Source of the DNA: Macrostomum lignano
Lineage: Eukaryota
Direction of reading: 5' to 3'
Length of the DNA: 64,000 nt
Assembly: GCA_002269645.1 (NCBI GenBank)
Contig: NIVC01003583.1
Coordinates: forward strand, 24,575-88,574
The notes under the pieces are model-generated. The model saw nothing but the letters and a program-made list of their open reading frames with translations, was not told the origin of the DNA and did no database searches. Each line of letters starts with the position of its first letter. Positions within the stretch are counted from its first letter, which is position 1. Position numbers and translations under genes: made by a program. Below, piece by piece: positions 60,364 through 64,000 of this stretch.

Positions 60364-63300
60364 ATGGGCCTGTTGGACATCCTGAAACGTTTCGGCAAGA
60401 AGGCCGAGGATCACGTGAAAATCAATCCATTTGTTCGGCGCGATGTGGACCCGTTTCTGGCCTGGGAGAAGGAGGACAAAATTGGCGATGGAGCTTTTGG
60501 TGAAGTGTTCCGCGGCCGGCAGAAGGAGACTGGCAGGCTGGCTGCCATCAAGCAGATCGGGTTGACAGCGAAGAGGACCTAATGGATTACATGGTTGAGA
60601 TTAACATACTGACAAAGTGCAAGCACAAGACTATTATTGAACTGTTTGAGGCCTATTTGTACGATAGCAAGCTGTGGCTGTGCCTGGAGTACTGCAAGTT
60701 TGGCGCCCTGGACTCTATTATGATCGAATTGGACAAGGTTGGTTCCACTTCTCTAACATACAGCTGTATTTTCCTAGTATAATTGCCTCGTTATCTTATT
60801 AGTAGTATCAAAAATGGTCTTAATGATCTTGATTGCCGAGTTATTTAAATAGATATTTCACACGAAACTTCCAATATTGACTTCAAATTATGGTAAAAAT
60901 TTCGAGTCAGTGAAGGCGACTCTGACAATGTCTATCTCGATAAGATCCTTAGATTCCCAGTTGCTGGGCCAGCCTCCCAGATCCTCAGTTGCTGGGCCAG
61001 CCTCCCAGATCCTCAGTTGCTAGGCCAGCCTCCCAGATCCTCAGTTGCTGAGCCAGTCTACCAGGTTCCACTTTTCTAAAAAATGTGGTAATTGGCGAGA
61101 GTAAATTTTGCTAGAGAGTAAATTATAAGAAAAAAGTGCCTTGTCATCTCAGTTGTATTAAAAATTGGTCTAATTGGTCTAGATGAAGATGGCCGGGTTA
61201 TTTAAGCAGATATTTCGCATGAAGCTCCCAAGATTGACTTTGATTGTGAAAAAATTTCTAGCCTGTAAAGGCGAGTCTGACAGTGCCTGTCTCAATAAAT
61301 CAATTCATAGTATCAATAAATTTTGCATTGCTTGCAACAGTGCAGAGTGAAAAGTTGAATCTCCGGTGTGCAGGCGGTCCTAATAAATACTGCGCAATGT
61401 TTGTCAAGTATGGGGGCAGATAAACTGATTATTTCATATTGTTATTCTAGTTGAGTTATAGTGTAGCAACAACAACCGCCACAGATTTCGCACTTGGCTT
61501 TTTTGCGACCAAACTTTTGAGCTCAGTAACTATTTAACCCGGTGAGGCATTGCTGCTAGTCTGGCTATATTTGGAATAGTCTCTTAGAGAGTTTTAATAT
61601 AGATAAGGTAAATGAAGATTTTTTCTAGTTTAAAAAAATACGAATTCTACTATCTTTAAATACCAAAATAGGACTTTCCTCTGCTGAAGCAGTGACTAGC
61701 GTTGATAAATGAAAGCTGTTAAAATTAGTTGAACATCAATGCTTTAGTATAAAGCCATTGATAATGTCGCAGGCCTCACAACCAATGTGTGTATAATACG
61801 GCTGCCTCTTAAGCTGGTGCGCTCCGCTGGTTCAACTGCGTCTGCCGCTCTTTGACACACTTAAAATTTACCTCTAGCTTTTCTGTTGATCCTTAGATCC
61901 ACAGCCAGCCTCCCAAAGTGTCAGTTGCTGGGCCAGCCTCCCAGAGTGTCAGTTGCTGGGCCAGCCTCCCAGAGTGTCAGTTGCTGGGCCAGCCTCCCAG
62001 AGCCTCAGTTGCTGGGCCAGCCTCCCAGAGTGTCAGTTGCTGGGCCAGCCTCCCAGAGTGTCAGTTGCTGGGCCAGCCTCGCAGATCCCCAGTTGCTGGG
62101 CCAGCCTCCCAGAGTGTCAGTTGCTAGGCCAGCCTCCCAGAGCCTCAGTTGCTGGGCCAGCCTCCCAGATCCTCAGTTGCTAGGCCAGCCTCCCAGAGCC
62201 TCAGTTGCTAGGCCAGCCTCGCAGATCCTCAGTTGCTGGGCCAGCCTCCTAGAGTGTCAGTTGCTGGGCCAGCCTCGCAGATCCCCAGTTGCTGGGCCAG
62301 CCTCGCAGCCCATCAGAAGTGCTAACAATCTCCATTCCTCACTCCCCAATCCCCACACCAGGGCCTGGCCGAGCCGCAGATCCGCATGGTCTGCCGCGAG
62401 GTGACGGACGGGCTGAAGTATCTGCACTCGCAGGGCGTCATCCACCGCGACCTGAAGGCCGGCAACGTGCTGCTGACTTCGGAGGCCGTCATCAAGCTGG
62501 CCGACTTCGGCGTCTCGGCCATGGGCGACTCGCCGGAAGTGAAGCGGAACTCCTTCATCGGCTCGCAGTACTGGATGGCCCCGGAGGTCATGGCCTGCGA
62601 GACCTACAATGAAGTGCCGTACGGCACTCAGGCGGACGTGTGGAGTCTGGGCGTCACCCTGATCGAGCTGGCCCAGATGCTGCCGCCTCATCACAACATG
62701 CAGCCGATGCGAGTGGCCATCCGGGTCATTAAGGGCGACCCGCCAAGGCTGGAGCGGCCCAAGCAGTGGAGCGATGAGTTCAATCATTTTTTGAGTGAGT
62801 AGTTAAAGCTGACATTTTTAAAATTACCCGAAAATTAATTTAAGAAATTTGCCGCTATAATAGACGGGTCATTTTCGCAAGCTCAAAATTTTACAAGCTC
62901 AAATCTTCACCAGCTCAAATCTTCACAAGCTCAAATCTTCACAAGCTCAAATCTTCACAAGCTCAAATCTTCACAAGCTCAAATCTTCACAAGCTCAAAT
63001 CTTCACAAGCTCAAATCTTCACAAGCTCAAATCTTCACAAGCTCAAATCTTCACAAGCTCAAATCTTCACAAGCTCAAATCTTCACAAGCTCAAATCTTC
63101 ACAAGCTCAAATCTTCACAAGCTCAGATCTTCACAAGCTCAAATCTTCACCAGCTCAAATCTTCACCAGCTCAAATCTTCACCAGCTCAAATCTTCACAA
63201 GCTCAGATCTTCACAAGCTCAAATCTTCACAAGCTCAAATCTTCACAAGCTCAAACCTTCACAAGCTCAAATCTTCACCAGCTCAAATCTTCACAAGCTC

Positions 63301-64000
63301 AGATCTTCACAAGCTCAAATCTTCACAAGCTCAAATCTTCACAAGCCCAAATCATACGGTTTCTTCAAATACAAAGAGTGAATCTTAAAGTCACTGTCAT
63401 ACTATCAGCGGCATATTGCAATGCTTTTCCAGGCGTAAAGTTTTCGAATAAAATGACAAAAAATTGAGATTGAATTTCTTAGAAAGAAGACGTATGCCGC
63501 CATTTCCAAGAAATAGGAGTGTCCTAACTCTTAATTTTTATCTAGTAGTCCTTGAATCTGACTGGGCACCGTGCACTTTTATATGATTTGCACCCCACCG
63601 CAGGCCGCTGCCTCGTGAAGACGCCGGAAACGCGGGCCAACATCTCCGAGCTGCTGTCGCACAAGTTCATCTCCGGCGTGCAGGAGTCTGACCGCCGGGT
63701 GCTGCGCAACCTCATCGCCGAGCTGCAGGCCTCACCCGAGGTCGAAGTTGAAGAGGTCGACCTTCGCGAGAGCGAATTGCGCGGCGGCGGCAGCGCCTCG
63801 GCGGCGGCGTCGGCGGCGGCGGCGTCCGGGACAGCATCTTCCCCATCGCCGATTTGGACGTCGACGAAGACGCGGCCGGCAGCAGCCTTCTGCACGGCGA
63901 GCGCTCGCTTGCGGCTCCTCTGGCCGGTTGAGCGCCGTCGGTGAAGCCGAAACCTTTCAGCAGCAGCAGCGTCGGTGGAGGCGCCGATGCCACGTGACCG
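60364..64000 (+). CDS. SLK: STE20-family Ser/Thr kinase, SLK/STK10 (LOK) type; 5' part only
   Basis: Exon 1 60364-60737 (IGDGAFGEVF, LAAIKQI, DYMVEINIL; 1-nt loss in ggg at 60559-60561). Exon 2 62362-62794 (IHRDLKAGNVLL, LADFGVSA, SFIGSQYWMAPEVMACET, DVWSLGVTLIELAQMLPPHH, MRV). Exon 3 from 63604 (RCLVK...ELLSHKFI...LRNLIAE). GT-AG junctions are phase-compatible. Confidence 0.9.
60950..61045. repeat. 28-bp minisatellite (cccagatcctcagttgctgggccagcct)n, about 3.5 units, kinase intron 1
   Basis: Direct observation. Confidence 0.9.
61895..62307. repeat. 28-bp minisatellite (cccagagtgtcagttgctgggccagcct)n, about 15 units, kinase intron 1
   Basis: Unit spacing of 28 nt checked at 61922/61950; same family as 60950-61045. 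Confidence 0.95.
62878..63345. repeat. 16-bp minisatellite (aagctcaaatcttcac)n, about 29 units, kinase intron 2
   Basis: Unit spacing of 16 nt checked at 62943/62959. Confidence 0.97.

Noticed and set aside
63542-63993. Minus-strand ORFs overlapping kinase exon 3
   Set aside because: Antisense shadows of GC-rich coding sequence; the plus strand carries the conserved kinase tail.

Overview
Eukaryotic (metazoan) genomic DNA with GT-AG introns, GC-rich exons and AT-rich, repeat-dense spacers. The style would fit a flatworm such as Macrostomum, but that is a guess. Bases 1-53200 hold a head-to-tail tandem array of three sacsin-like genes on the minus strand (1228-10161, 17327-26255, 36574-45498). 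Each is a single coding block of about 8.9 kb (about 2,975 aa) with two Hsp90-like GHKL ATPase repeats, a J-domain-like segment lacking HPD, a variable Gly/Ser linker and a C-terminal HEPN domain. All three are broken by frameshifts, mostly 1-nt losses in short homopolymers that are probably long-read consensus errors; copy 1 also has a nonsense codon. The copies are sequence mosaics of one another. A fourth, much older inverted sacsin C-terminal relic, absent from the ORF track, lies at about 33041-33455. The spacers carry hAT-type and other TIR MITEs, a solo LTR, a Tc1-like remnant, and mini/microsatellites whose unexpanded states survive in sister copies. The right end has a six-exon FAM47-family gene (minus, 54100-57960) head-to-head with an SLK/STK10-type STE20 kinase (plus, from 60364, running off the window). 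No rRNA, tRNA or CRISPR array was recognised. All homology calls come from motif recognition by eye, not database searches.
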